Part shown: positions 38,548 through 47,518 of the stretch, piece after piece
Numbering within the stretch: position 1 is the stretch's first letter
How the letters are laid out: each line of letters begins with the position of its first letter
Source: a virus
Lineage: Duplodnaviria > Heunggongvirae > Uroviricota > Caudoviricetes
IMG/VR virus record: IMGVR_UViG_3300012344_000014
Coordinates: 42,581 to 106,580 of that record
Strand: one strand, 5' to 3'
DNA length: 64,000 nucleotides
The notes under the pieces: generated by a model
The model's database searches: none
The model's input: the letters and a program-made list of their open reading frames with translations, nothing else
Told to the model about the DNA's origin: nothing
Made by a program: the position numbers and the translations under genes

Positions 38548-38793
38548 ATGAACAAAGATATCAAAACCAAAGCTGCGCTGTTCCTTGCCGCAGTTAACGT
38601 ACTGCTGGCGATTGCCGGTCTGTTCTTCCCGCTCGCGTCGTTATAGACGCTGGCCTGGGCGCTGGCTGGCTTCCTGCAAAAACAGGACGTCGAAACCGCA
38701 TGCTGTCTCATTGTGGGCCTTTAGGGGATGAGCTTCTCCGCCTTTGGATGGGTCGGACTCGGCATTGCCGTTGCCGCCCTGATACTGGCGCGG
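38548..38793 (+). CDS. paralogous small membrane protein with two in-frame TAGs (38644-38646, 38722-38724)
   Basis: MNKDIKTKAALFLAAVNVLLAIAGLFFPLASL-TAG-TLAWALAGFLQKQDVETACCLIVGL-TAG-GMSFSAFGWVGLGIAVAALILARKAQ then TGA. First TAG is at the same position as in 38176; second TAG aligns with Leu of paralogue 'SLLGMY'. Confidence 0.45.
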
Positions 38794-38803
38794 AAAGCGC
38801 AAT

Positions 38804-38837
38804 GAGACGAAGACGGAGCCTTGCTACAAGCAGGGCT
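38804..38837 (+). terminator. rho-independent terminator
   Basis: ggagccttgctacaagcagggctc then tttcttttt. Confidence 0.55.
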
Positions 38838-38880
38838 CTTTCTTTTTGCCAATGGCCATTTTGTGCCGTGCTTTACAGAG

Positions 38881-40083
38881 TTAATTTTTCAATTCGACGA
38901 GATACTTGACGGTCGTCTGGCATTCCTGATAGACGATGATCTCGTCGTTGCGGAGCATTGCCCCTTCATGCGCATGCAGACAGTTCGCGCCGGGACATGC
39001 GGCCTGAAGTTTTTCATAGTTGAAGGAGTTATAAGCGCCGGAGAAAGAATGAACGTCGTACGGTTTGCCGTAGGCGACCTCATACAGTCCCATAAAAGCG
39101 CTGTTCTCACTGCCTTTAGCCCAATAAGAACCGGAAAGGGAAGTGTAACCAAGCGACTTGCGCGCCTTTGTGGCGAAATAGATACCGTAACCGAACATCT
39201 TGCCGGTGATAACCGCGTTGGTGGGCTTGAGAACAAGGCCGCCGGTGAGGATGGACCACCAGTTTTCATTGCGGCTGCCATGCCAGAGCAGCTTGGTAGC
39301 GATATGAGCAGGCTCGACATAATTATCGAACGCCTGCTGGGTACGAAGGTTCCGAACCCGCCACGCCTGACGGAATTTATCGGCGCAGGAACCGAGGCAG
39401 GACTTGATTTTAATGATGTCTTCGGGCGTTGCTTCTTCAAAGACAAGACCGTTCGCCTCGAGGACGGTCTGCTGTACTGGAGCAGTATCGACAACTTTTA
39501 CCGGCTGCGGGACATAGACCTGACCGCGCATAATATCCAGCAGATCCTGTTCTCGGCGGATAATATCGCCGAACTGGTCGACCGAAGTGGCCAAATGAGA
39601 GCGGACGCTGGCCATGCGGCGGGGAATAATGCCGAACAATTCCGACAACAGCAGATTAAAATCATTCAAGCTGCGTTTATCAACCAGCGCGTTCAGCATG
39701 AGCTGCGCTTCATCGACCATCGCCATAGTGACCTTGTTGGACGAGATGGTGTAGTTCTCCGCAACCGCCTGCCGCGCCATTTCTCTCAGCCGGCGGACAA
39801 TTTCAGCGATGGGTTTCTGCAGGATCGGCCGATAATCATCTGTAACAGGCTGTACTTCAATCAGGTCTTGCACAAGCCATGTACGATCAACATACCCTTT
39901 GGAAAGCTTTTCGTTGTATTTCTTCTCCCAGTCCCGGAGGGAGTAAGTCCGGCGCTGCGGACTCGCCCCCACGCGGCCATAAGCCGCCTCCCAGACGAAG
40001 CCCATCGGGGTCATATCATAATATTTATTATTGTTGGCGTCGGCGGATATTTTCACCAGCCGCCGCGGCGTATATTCCATCAC
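38881..40083 (-). CDS. PARP-like ADP-ribosyltransferase with N-terminal WGR domain
   Basis: WGR: 'KYYDMTPMGFVWEAAYGRVGASPQ'. Catalytic domain 'LLWHGSRNENWWSILTGGL...GKMFGYGIYFATKARKSLGY...GLYEVAYGKPY' retains the His/Tyr/Glu triad. Confidence 0.7.
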   Translation of the reverse strand: MMEYTPRRLVKISADANNNKYYDMTPMGFVWEAAYGRVGASPQRRTYSLRDWEKKYNEKLSKGYVDRTWLVQDLIEVQPVTDDYRPILQKPIAEIVRRLREMARQAVAENYTISSNKVTMAMVDEAQLMLNALVDKRSLNDFNLLLSELFGIIPRRMASVRSHLATSVDQFGDIIRREQDLLDIMRGQVYVPQPVKVVDTAPVQQTVLEANGLVFEEATPEDIIKIKSCLGSCADKFRQAWRVRNLRTQQAFDNYVEPAHIATKLLWHGSRNENWWSILTGGLVLKPTNAVITGKMFGYGIYFATKARKSLGYTSLSGSYWAKGSENSAFMGLYEVAYGKPYDVHSFSGAYNSFNYEKLQAACPGANCLHAHEGAMLRNDEIIVYQECQTTVKYLVELKN

Positions 40084-40535
40084 AGCGTATACACCAGAAT
40101 ATCGACGCGCGTATCCTCAAAGGTTTCGAGAATCAGCTCACGAACATCATCCCAGTTCAAACGATCGAGCCCGCAGCCGATGCGCGGCATGGCGAGGCGG
40201 GTGATCCCACGCTCCTGAATGTGCCGGCGGAGATCGAACAGAGCGGCTCCAAGCGTTTCAAGCGTGGGTTTTTCATAGCACCGTTCTTTGGTGACGAGGT
40301 TATAGACATCCAGCACAGGGAGCGCGCAAGGCCCCCAGCCTTCAAAATCATATTCGCCGTACATCTGGCGAAGCTTTTCCTTCATATTATACTGGGTATC
40401 AATCTGCCTGGCGACGCCAGCGCCCAGAGCAAAATCCGCGCTAATGCAATGCACAAGCGCCCAGCCGCGGGGCGCGCTGAGCAGATCGCCTTTGATTTCA
40501 GAGAACGTCAATTTCGGATTACAGGTTTCGCACAT
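40080..40535 (-). CDS. macrodomain protein (ADP-ribose binding/hydrolase)
   Basis: 'LVHCISADFALGAGVARQI' and 'ITRLAMPRIGCGLDRLNWDDV' macro motifs. Translationally coupled to the PARP-like gene. Confidence 0.7.
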   Translation of the reverse strand: MCETCNPKLTFSEIKGDLLSAPRGWALVHCISADFALGAGVARQIDTQYNMKEKLRQMYGEYDFEGWGPCALPVLDVYNLVTKERCYEKPTLETLGAALFDLRRHIQERGITRLAMPRIGCGLDRLNWDDVRELILETFEDTRVDILVYTL

Positions 40536-40550
40536 ATCAATTTCCTCCTG

Positions 40551-41861
40551 TCAATAATAGCTGACTTCTTTGCCGGGCTCACGCAGATCTTTGAAAACCG
40601 GGAAACGGAGCGACTCGACGCCCGATTTATCCTGCGTGACCTCAAAATACTGCACCGTAGCGACCCGACCGATAAATTGGGACGGATTCGCCCAGACCTC
40701 GCGGCGGAAAGAATCCGTCATGCCGGAGCCGACACGGACGGGATTGCCCTTAAAATCCACCACCAATGCGCCGAGCGTGCCCTTGAAGCGGCCGCCGCCT
40801 TCTTCAACACCGGTGATTGCAAGATCACAATCCTGCATGGCTTTAACCTTAAGCAGATTCCGGGTGCGCTTGAACTCATAGGGCGCGTCGAGCAGGTTGA
40901 TCATCACGCCTTCATGATTGAGGCCGCGCTGAATTTCAAGATGGCGAAGGATTTCATTCGCATCGCCGCCGACATAGAGGACGGGAACGACCTTGATATG
41001 CTCGACATCATGGACGATCGCTTCCAACTCCTGCCGGCGAAGGTAATACGGCGTGGTGCAGTCATGGTTGAGAAAGACGCTGTAATCGACGATATCGAAA
41101 GCGTTGAAGACGACGCCGCGCTTCTCGCCATCCCGGCGGACGACCTGCACGGTGCGCTTATACTGCTCTTTGCTGGGAATATTCTCCCTGTCCGCGATGA
41201 GCAGCTCGCCGTCAAGCACAAAGCCAAGCGCGCCGCTATCGGTAAGCGTGAGAATATCATCTTCCAACTCGACAAGCCCTTCGATGGGCTGACCCTGCCG
41301 GGTATAGAAACGGGGCGACTTGCCCTTCTCGGCCACGCACTGACAGCGAACGCCGTCCAGCTTTTCGGTAAGCGCGAAACGTTTGCCTTCAACCGCTTCG
41401 GGATGCTCGAAATATTTCTCGGCCAGCATGCATTCATACACGGGAATAACCGTGCGGCCAAGAACCCTGTTGACCGTCTTGGCGGAAATACCGAGCGGAA
41501 TATCTTTACAGAGGAATCGAACAAGGAACTCGCGCAAGGCCGGGTCGGCTATATTGGAGAGCGTATATTGCAGCTTGGCGAGAACTTGCATATCTGCGGC
41601 GCGCAGGCCGGACAAATATTCGCACATGGTAAAAAGATCATCCCAATATGAAGCCAGCGTGATATTCAAATTTTTCTCAAGCGACCTGCGCTGAACATGA
41701 AAGACGACCATAGGATCGAGCAGAAGCTTCAGGGCGGAAAACGCCGCAGGACTCTGGGCGCAGGCCAGAATTTCCGGCTCTTTCGCCTTGCCTCGCGCGG
41801 TTTGAATCGCATCGAAGCAAGGCCTGATTTCGTGAAGCTGAGATTCAAGAGTGAAAGACAT
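40551..41861 (-). CDS. ATP-dependent DNA ligase
   Basis: Adenylation motif I 'EKLDGVRCQ'; nucleotidyltransferase plus OB domains. RBS aaggaa then ATG at 41861; the ORF-track N-terminal 101 aa is spurious. Confidence 0.75.
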   Translation of the reverse strand: MSFTLESQLHEIRPCFDAIQTARGKAKEPEILACAQSPAAFSALKLLLDPMVVFHVQRRSLEKNLNITLASYWDDLFTMCEYLSGLRAADMQVLAKLQYTLSNIADPALREFLVRFLCKDIPLGISAKTVNRVLGRTVIPVYECMLAEKYFEHPEAVEGKRFALTEKLDGVRCQCVAEKGKSPRFYTRQGQPIEGLVELEDDILTLTDSGALGFVLDGELLIADRENIPSKEQYKRTVQVVRRDGEKRGVVFNAFDIVDYSVFLNHDCTTPYYLRRQELEAIVHDVEHIKVVPVLYVGGDANEILRHLEIQRGLNHEGVMINLLDAPYEFKRTRNLLKVKAMQDCDLAITGVEEGGGRFKGTLGALVVDFKGNPVRVGSGMTDSFRREVWANPSQFIGRVATVQYFEVTQDKSGVESLRFPVFKDLREPGKEVSYY

Positions 41862-42167
41862 GATGTATTCCTTTCTTGATTGATGTATAATTGCGTTATG
41901 CGGCCAGAGGCGAGGGAACCCATTTCGCACGATACGTTGAAGGGAAGGAGGCCACAGCTTCAAATGGAGAAGATAGTAACAATTTAGAACATTATTCTGA
42001 TTGTGCTTCAGCTGATTGCAGCTGCGTTCGAGTTGGCTAAACCACAGGACACCGCTGTGACCATCCATGTTGAGGGCAATAACAACAACGTTATTGTCAT
42101 TGTCAACACTGGGATGAAGTAACAACCGCCAGTGATGACGCGCCGTGTTACTTCTCCGGCGCATAAC

Positions 42168-42198
42168 GCAAAAGGAATTGCGCGCGAATCGCGCAAGG
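42168..42198 (-). terminator. hairpin plus T-tract on the minus strand after the PAPS-reductase-like gene
   Basis: ttgcgcg-cgaat-cgcgcaa stem with ttcctttt on the minus strand. Confidence 0.4.
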
Positions 42199-42201
42199 AA
42201 A

Positions 42202-43064
42202 TTACACAGATAAATACCAGGCCATTACCTCTTCAGGCGAAGACCACAGATCGTTCGGCAAACCACGTTCGTCCCGCGCTTTCAACATCCGGTCGAACGC
42301 GCGAAGATACGCTTCTTCATATTTCGGATATCGTTCAAAATCGCGCTGGCGATTTTTTACGGAGCCCATCGGGCAACCGATACAGCCGAGCCGGCCATAG
42401 CCTTCATCATACAGACGGCAATGCGGAACCTGAACCACATCGTTCAGGAAAGACCAGACTTCCTCTGTCGACCAATCGATGATGGGGTTGACGAGCGTTT
42501 TCATGGTACGATAACAAACTTCCACCATACGGCGGGACGAATCGTTATCATCGTTCAGGATGATACCGCCCTTCGAGCCTTCATGGAAATCGATGCCGCG
42601 CGTTAACGCAATCCGTTTCGCCCTTGCGGGCTGCTGGAGGATTTCCACAGAGCCGTGCATGGCGGCGCGGCGAGGGCTTTCCGCCCAGCGGACGCCCGTT
42701 ATTGTAACACGCCCCTACCCGCCGGACTCTTTCAGATCGGCACAGCAATACCGCGCGCTCCGGGACGGCGGCTTGCCAACGGCGGGAATCAAATTCCACA
42801 TGGTGATCGGGTTTCCGGCCGCGTTATACGGGATTTCCCGCGCTACGTCAGGATAATGATCCCGAATGAAACGAACCAGTTCAGGCGGGTCCACGCTTGT
42901 GACGCGATAATGCGCATCAAATTTAACGCCGGCCATTTCGCACAGATGATAAACGCATTGAGAATCTTTGCCGCCGGAGAAGGCGACATAGTACCCCTCT
43001 TCGGGCTCGAAGGTACGCAGCTTCAGGAGCGCCGCGTCGATTTTTCTCTGATCGATCATCATCT
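42202..43064 (-). CDS. PAPS reductase-family (PP-loop ATP pyrophosphatase) protein with in-frame TAG (42715-42717)
   Basis: The N-half (ORF 42715-43116, 'AFSGGKDS' PP-loop) and C-half (ORF 42202-42660) are in the same frame, separated by one TAG: ...CADLKESGG-TAG-GRVTITGVRWAESPRRAAM... Start ATG overlaps the upstream TGA. Confidence 0.65.
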
Positions 43065-43931
43065 CTCCAATATCTCCTCGCAGAGGGGGCAGGAATTCAG
43101 CACGCCGCAGATCCACCGGCAGAAATACTTATCTTTATGCGGCCTCCAATCAAACTCAAAGAGAATTTTCTCGATCGTATCGACGACCCAGGCCATGGCG
43201 GCGTTATATGCGGCCGCGTCGAACGGTTCATCAATGAAGGTGCCATCCCGGAACATGTTGAAGCGCAGCCGGGCGGGGAAAACGCCGAATTTCTGCTTGA
43301 CAAACGCGGCGTAAACATAGAGCTGCTTGCGATAAGTATCCAGTTCCTTTTTCATGGAGCTCATGGACTTGGATTTATGATCGATGACCTCAATTTCGCC
43401 GGTTTCGCGATTTTTGAGCACCAAGTCGGCGATTCCAACGAAAGGATAACCGCCGATTTCAATTTCGAACCGCTCTTCAGCGGCCAGAATATCATATTGA
43501 TCACCGAAGCCGGAGAAAGTCTCGAAATATTCAAGGCCAGCGTCGTAATATTTCTGCGGCATGCCTTTGGGGAACGGGGGGAAGGAGTGCTGAAGCGCCT
43601 GATCATATCCTTCCTCATACTCGGACGCCATAAGAAAGTCGGGGAGCTCGCCCTTCGCCCATTTTTCCAGAATTTCATGACAGTGCGTACCGTATTCGGC
43701 GAAGGCGTTATTCTCATTGGGGACGCGATCGATATACTGGAGTTTATAAGCCAGAGGACATTGTTCAAAGGTTGCCAGACGGGAAAAAGACCACTTGGTT
43801 TCGGGAGGAATAGCGGCATCACCTCGATGGATATGGTATAATGGCTCTGCGCAGACAACGCCGAGCCAAGCCTTTATAAAAAGGAAGGTGTAACGACTGG
43901 ACACGGAGCGCCCTGCAAGGGGCGAAGGCAC
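43059..43931 (-). CDS. PD-(D/E)XK nuclease, Cas4/RecB-like, with C-terminal Cys cluster
   Basis: '...IADLVLKNRETGEIEVIDHKSK...QLYVY' nuclease core and 'CRWICGVLNSCPLC' Fe-S-like Cys cluster. Confidence 0.7.
   Translation of the reverse strand: MPSPLAGRSVSSRYTFLFIKAWLGVVCAEPLYHIHRGDAAIPPETKWSFSRLATFEQCPLAYKLQYIDRVPNENNAFAEYGTHCHEILEKWAKGELPDFLMASEYEEGYDQALQHSFPPFPKGMPQKYYDAGLEYFETFSGFGDQYDILAAEERFEIEIGGYPFVGIADLVLKNRETGEIEVIDHKSKSMSSMKKELDTYRKQLYVYAAFVKQKFGVFPARLRFNMFRDGTFIDEPFDAAAYNAAMAWVVDTIEKILFEFDWRPHKDKYFCRWICGVLNSCPLCEEILER
43825..43842 (+). promoter_or_regulatory. extended -10 promoter (TGgTATAAT) driving a structured ~190-nt leader and small ORF
   Basis: ggatatggtataatgg at 43831-43844. 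Confidence 0.45.
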
Positions 43932-44036
43932 AGTCTGAACTTACGGGCGACTGTAAGAGCCGCAAGGCCCCGCAGACAACAAGGCGGGTAACAAATTGCG
44001 AAAGCCGGTGGGAGAATTTGGAGGTTTATCGAAAGA

Positions 44037-44378
44037 ATGTCAATTTTAATTTCATAGGCGTTGTCCTATTGGTTGCAAGTCATAGGAAACTATGACGGAT
44101 TGGTTCACTTGTTCCCGACCGCCGCGGCGACCCCGCCGGGCAGATTGTTGCTGATGGCAATCGCTATCGCGCTTGTCGTCTTTATGGTACTGTACGACCG
44201 ACCCCACCATGAATGGTCAAAAATGATGGCCCCATACCGCGGTAACGCGGTATTTGGAATCTCCGTAAATTCGGCGAACGTCTGCGCGTTCCCGTTACAC
44301 CTTCGGGGGGGAATGTTTTATTTATCAGCCTTCAGCGCGGTGACGGCGGCCAGCTTTCGGGCTTCCTCTTCGATATAA
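44037..44378 (+). CDS. small hydrophobic protein, family copy A (conserved core NYDGLVHLFPTAAATPPGRLLLMAIAIALVVF); in-frame TAG at 44055-44057
   Basis: RBS ggagg. Paralogue of 61206-61442 with mostly synonymous differences in the core. The 3' extent is uncertain: a hairpin terminator lies at ~44237-44262. Confidence 0.35.
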
Positions 44379-44872
44379 AGCTCGCGGGCGCGGCGCTTGA
44401 TACGCGCCTTCAGGCGGCGCTTTGCTTTGGCGCGGAGCTTTTCTTCTTCTTTCTCGCGCAGTTCGCGCTCCTTCGCCTGCATGGCTTCGAAGTCATATTT
44501 ATCGCAGATCTTTTTGGCGCGGGTGGTGCTGCCGTAAAGCTTCTTGACGACGCAGGCGCAGAAGGCGGCGTATTTATCATAGGTTTCGCCGGGCATGAGG
44601 CGGACGGAGGTTGTGGTATCATCGTTCCAATGAACGACGGTGGTATTGTTGGGGTGCGCGATTTTAAGGATATCGGGGAGAAGCTTCGCCGGCTCCTCCG
44701 GTGCTTTTGTTTTAAGGGGCGCGGAAGCAAGACAAACACCGACAGCCTCCGCCGGGATTGTAACAGAGTACGGATAAACATCTCCGACGGTACACGCAGT
44801 CGACGAGAACGTGGGAAGTTCGGTCATAGACGAAGTGGTAAAAACGGAAGCGTCATTCATCATAAGTATCAA
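44318..44872 (-). CDS. hypothetical protein (184 aa) with Lys/Arg-rich coiled-coil C-terminus
   Basis: ORF track. Confidence 0.45.
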   Translation of the reverse strand: MILMMNDASVFTTSSMTELPTFSSTACTVGDVYPYSVTIPAEAVGVCLASAPLKTKAPEEPAKLLPDILKIAHPNNTTVVHWNDDTTTSVRLMPGETYDKYAAFCACVVKKLYGSTTRAKKICDKYDFEAMQAKERELREKEEEKLRAKAKRRLKARIKRRARELYIEEEARKLAAVTALKADK

Positions 44873-45131
44873 GTCCTTTCATTCGAATATCACGGAGGTG
44901 ACCACGGAAAGCGTATTCGGAAACATGGAGCAGGGTTTTAAGCTGGTCGCGGGTATATTCCCCACCAAAGCCCTTGTAGAGATGGCGGATAAACCACTCA
45001 TAAACATAAGAGCGGCACCCGTCCGGGTCGCGATAATATTTGCATGCGCTACAGTTTCTGCTATGCCGGTCGAAGCAACCGAGCATCAATGTGGAGACGA
45101 CCCCACGATCCCATCTGCGATACCTAGCCAT
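44853..45131 (-). CDS. hypothetical Cys-containing protein (92 aa)
   Basis: ORF track. Confidence 0.4.
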   Translation of the reverse strand: MARYRRWDRGVVSTLMLGCFDRHSRNCSACKYYRDPDGCRSYVYEWFIRHLYKGFGGEYTRDQLKTLLHVSEYAFRGHLRDIRMKGLDTYDE

Positions 45132-45688
45132 TGTTTTCCCTCCATTAATTTTGTCCGAATTCGCGCGCCCGTTTCCGCGACGCGCTGCTGAACGCGTTGG
45201 CGGCTGAGCCCGAGCTCGTCACCGAGCGACTGACAGGTTTTGCCACCTATATGATAACACAGATACAGCCGCGCCGCATCCTCGCCGACAATGGATTTCA
45301 TATAAGAAACGATGCGCTGCGCATCCATAAAGGCGTCTGCATCGGTGATACAGCGCTGATCGCCGGGGAGATAATAGTCGATCATCATATCGGAAAGAAA
45401 ACCGACGCCACTCTCTGGTTTACGGGACTGCGTGTTATTATACGCGTTAAGATGGGAGAGCTCGCTGCGAACCTGGTGCCAGAGATAAGTCGACCAGGCG
45501 CATTTGCCGGGGACATAGCTCTGCACGGCGCGAACCGCAACAAGATGGACGAGTCCAAGCGAATCATCGAACCCCAAATCCCGTCGATAACGCGCAAGCT
45601 TTGAAGCATAGAGGACAAGCAGCCCATAATTCCGCTCGAGGAAGGCGCGCTGCGCATCAGTGAGCGGCGGACAAATTTTCTTTCTCAT
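45086..45688 (-). CDS. sigma-70-family RNA polymerase sigma factor (regions 2 and 4)
   Basis: Region-4 HTH 'CQSLGDELGLSRQRVQQRVAETGARIRTKL'. Confidence 0.75.
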   Translation of the reverse strand: MRKKICPPLTDAQRAFLERNYGLLVLYASKLARYRRDLGFDDSLGLVHLVAVRAVQSYVPGKCAWSTYLWHQVRSELSHLNAYNNTQSRKPESGVGFLSDMMIDYYLPGDQRCITDADAFMDAQRIVSYMKSIVGEDAARLYLCYHIGGKTCQSLGDELGLSRQRVQQRVAETGARIRTKLMEGKQWLGIADGIVGSSPH

Positions 45689-47517
45689 TAGAACGGCAAT
45701 GTCTGAGCCAGCATGATGCCATACTCCGGCATGGAATCGGCGCGCGGGTCAGGCTTCTGCACTCCCTCCTTATTCCAGCTGAAATTATTCAGATCGCCTT
45801 TATCGGCCTGATAGATGCGGCGGCTATCGCCGCAATAACAGCACTCGATGAGTTTTTCAATGCCGCCTTCGCGGTTTTTGATGATGCGCAAATTCGGGCG
45901 CTCAACAACGATGGCGGAATCTGCAAGGTTGACGATCTGTGAAGAACCGGCGACATCAAATTTCCCAAATTGTTCGCCCGCTTTACGCTTGCGCGGGTGA
46001 CAAACGGCCAGCACATGGACTGAAAAACGAACGGCAAACTTTTTGAGCGCGCCGATAAACTTGCCCTGCGCACGGGTTTCCTCATCGACGTCAGAGAGAG
46101 AAGTCATCAGGTTATCGACAAGAAAAAGCTTGCAGCCATAGCGGCGAACCGCCATGGTGAACACTTCGAGAATGGATTCCGCCTGATTATGCTCGAAGAT
46201 TTCGTTATTATCGAAGAGAAAAAACTTGCCGCCGTAATATTCCGAAAGCCGCTGCTGAACCTGCCAGCTGAGAGACGGCACCTGTTTTTCTCGAACAGGA
46301 TCATACTTCAGGCCGATATAATCAGAGCCGGCGCACTGGAGATTGATCCATTCCTGAAACTTCTCCTTGCGAAGTTCGCCGGAATAAGCACAGACGCTAT
46401 AACCCTGCTCGATTGCGTTGAGAAGAAGCAGCCCGGTTAGGGTACTTTTACCGTTTCCGGAATCACCCGTAAAAACGGTGAGGCCGCCCTCGACAAGCCC
46501 GCCAATCGTCGCATCCAGCGCAGGGATCATCGTCTTGATTCGGGGAACGGTCGTCGGGTCATACGGGGTGACGGTGCCGAGATCGAGCAGACCCTTGATG
46601 GGAACCTGTCGGGCATTCTCGACCATATCGATCAGTTCGAATGGGCCCAACGCAAAGAGGATTTCGTTCGCGTCCTTACATTCCTTGCCGCGGTCTTCCC
46701 AGTAAGGGTAATCCTCAACGATGGCGCACCGCGACTCGTCCAGCCGCTTGGCCACCTGCTGAACCATCTTGCGGCCGGGGTCGTCGTTATCGCCGAAGAG
46801 AATAATACGCTTGAATTTTTCCAGCCAGTCCCAGCAGTTCTCGATCCAGCTGAAATCCTCGCAGCCGGAGGGGACAGAAACGACGTTGGTGACGCCGGCC
46901 TCATAAAGGGACATGGCGTCCAGCTGGCCTTCCGTGATGACGAGCGGCTGGGCGAAGGAGCACATATCCATCCCGAAGAGAACAGCCTTTGTGCCGGGGG
47001 CGCGCCACTCCTTTCCCTTCTCGCCCTCTTTCGGCTTCCACGGCCGGCGGAATTTCTCAAAGACGTTGACGCCGTTTTCATAAAAAGGGAAGACGATCAT
47101 GCCGGCGTCGTCGGACTGGATCTTAAAAGCGTCGACCGTTTCGCGGCTGATGCAGCGCTTCTCAAAATACTGATAGATCGCTTCCGTGGGCGGGTTGAGA
47201 TGCGTATCGGGGAGCTTCCACGCTTTAGGCTTTTGTTTGGCGAGGCTGGAGGAGCGAGCGGAGCGGGCGGCATTGGTATCGCCGAAGAATTCGGCCAGCT
47301 CGTCAAAGTGCCCGCGCTTGCCGCAGGTGCCACGCTTGCAGACAAACACTCCTTTATCGATGGAGAGCGCGAAGGTTTCCTTATCCCCATTATCCCCGCC
47401 GTGACAGAAGGGACAATACTCCGGGACGATTTCTTCGCCCCCATCCTGCTTGGGTTTCACCTTAAAATTGCCGAGATACTGATCCGCGAACCGGATCATC
47501 TGATCTCTGTTATTCAT
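45688..47517 (-). CDS. bifunctional primase-helicase (zinc-binding plus Toprim plus DnaB/SF4-like helicase)
   Basis: N-terminal 'CPFCHGGDNGDKETFALS...CKRGTCGKRGH', Toprim region, and Walker A 'GDSGNGKSTLTG'. Confidence 0.85.
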   Translation of the reverse strand: MNNRDQMIRFADQYLGNFKVKPKQDGGEEIVPEYCPFCHGGDNGDKETFALSIDKGVFVCKRGTCGKRGHFDELAEFFGDTNAARSARSSSLAKQKPKAWKLPDTHLNPPTEAIYQYFEKRCISRETVDAFKIQSDDAGMIVFPFYENGVNVFEKFRRPWKPKEGEKGKEWRAPGTKAVLFGMDMCSFAQPLVITEGQLDAMSLYEAGVTNVVSVPSGCEDFSWIENCWDWLEKFKRIILFGDNDDPGRKMVQQVAKRLDESRCAIVEDYPYWEDRGKECKDANEILFALGPFELIDMVENARQVPIKGLLDLGTVTPYDPTTVPRIKTMIPALDATIGGLVEGGLTVFTGDSGNGKSTLTGLLLLNAIEQGYSVCAYSGELRKEKFQEWINLQCAGSDYIGLKYDPVREKQVPSLSWQVQQRLSEYYGGKFFLFDNNEIFEHNQAESILEVFTMAVRRYGCKLFLVDNLMTSLSDVDEETRAQGKFIGALKKFAVRFSVHVLAVCHPRKRKAGEQFGKFDVAGSSQIVNLADSAIVVERPNLRIIKNREGGIEKLIECCYCGDSRRIYQADKGDLNNFSWNKEGVQKPDPRADSMPEYGIMLAQTLPF

Positions 47518-47518
47518 A

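Noticed and set aside
41963-42040. Candidate + strand small membrane ORF after the promoter at 41886.
   Set aside because: Careful reading gives only a 25-codon ORF (MEKIVTI-TAG-NIILICASADCSCVRVG), too short to call. Only the 12-bp 5'/3' complementarity is noted elsewhere.
42202-43116. Reading ORF pairs split by a stop as pseudogenes or frameshifted genes: PAPS reductase halves, RuvC halves, tail-fibre N-terminus plus body, nrdH, remA-like.
   Set aside because: In every case the two parts are in the same frame and separated by exactly one TAG. The codon is never TAA or TGA, no frameshift is needed, and paralogues conserve the TAG positions. The pattern indicates recoding, not decay.
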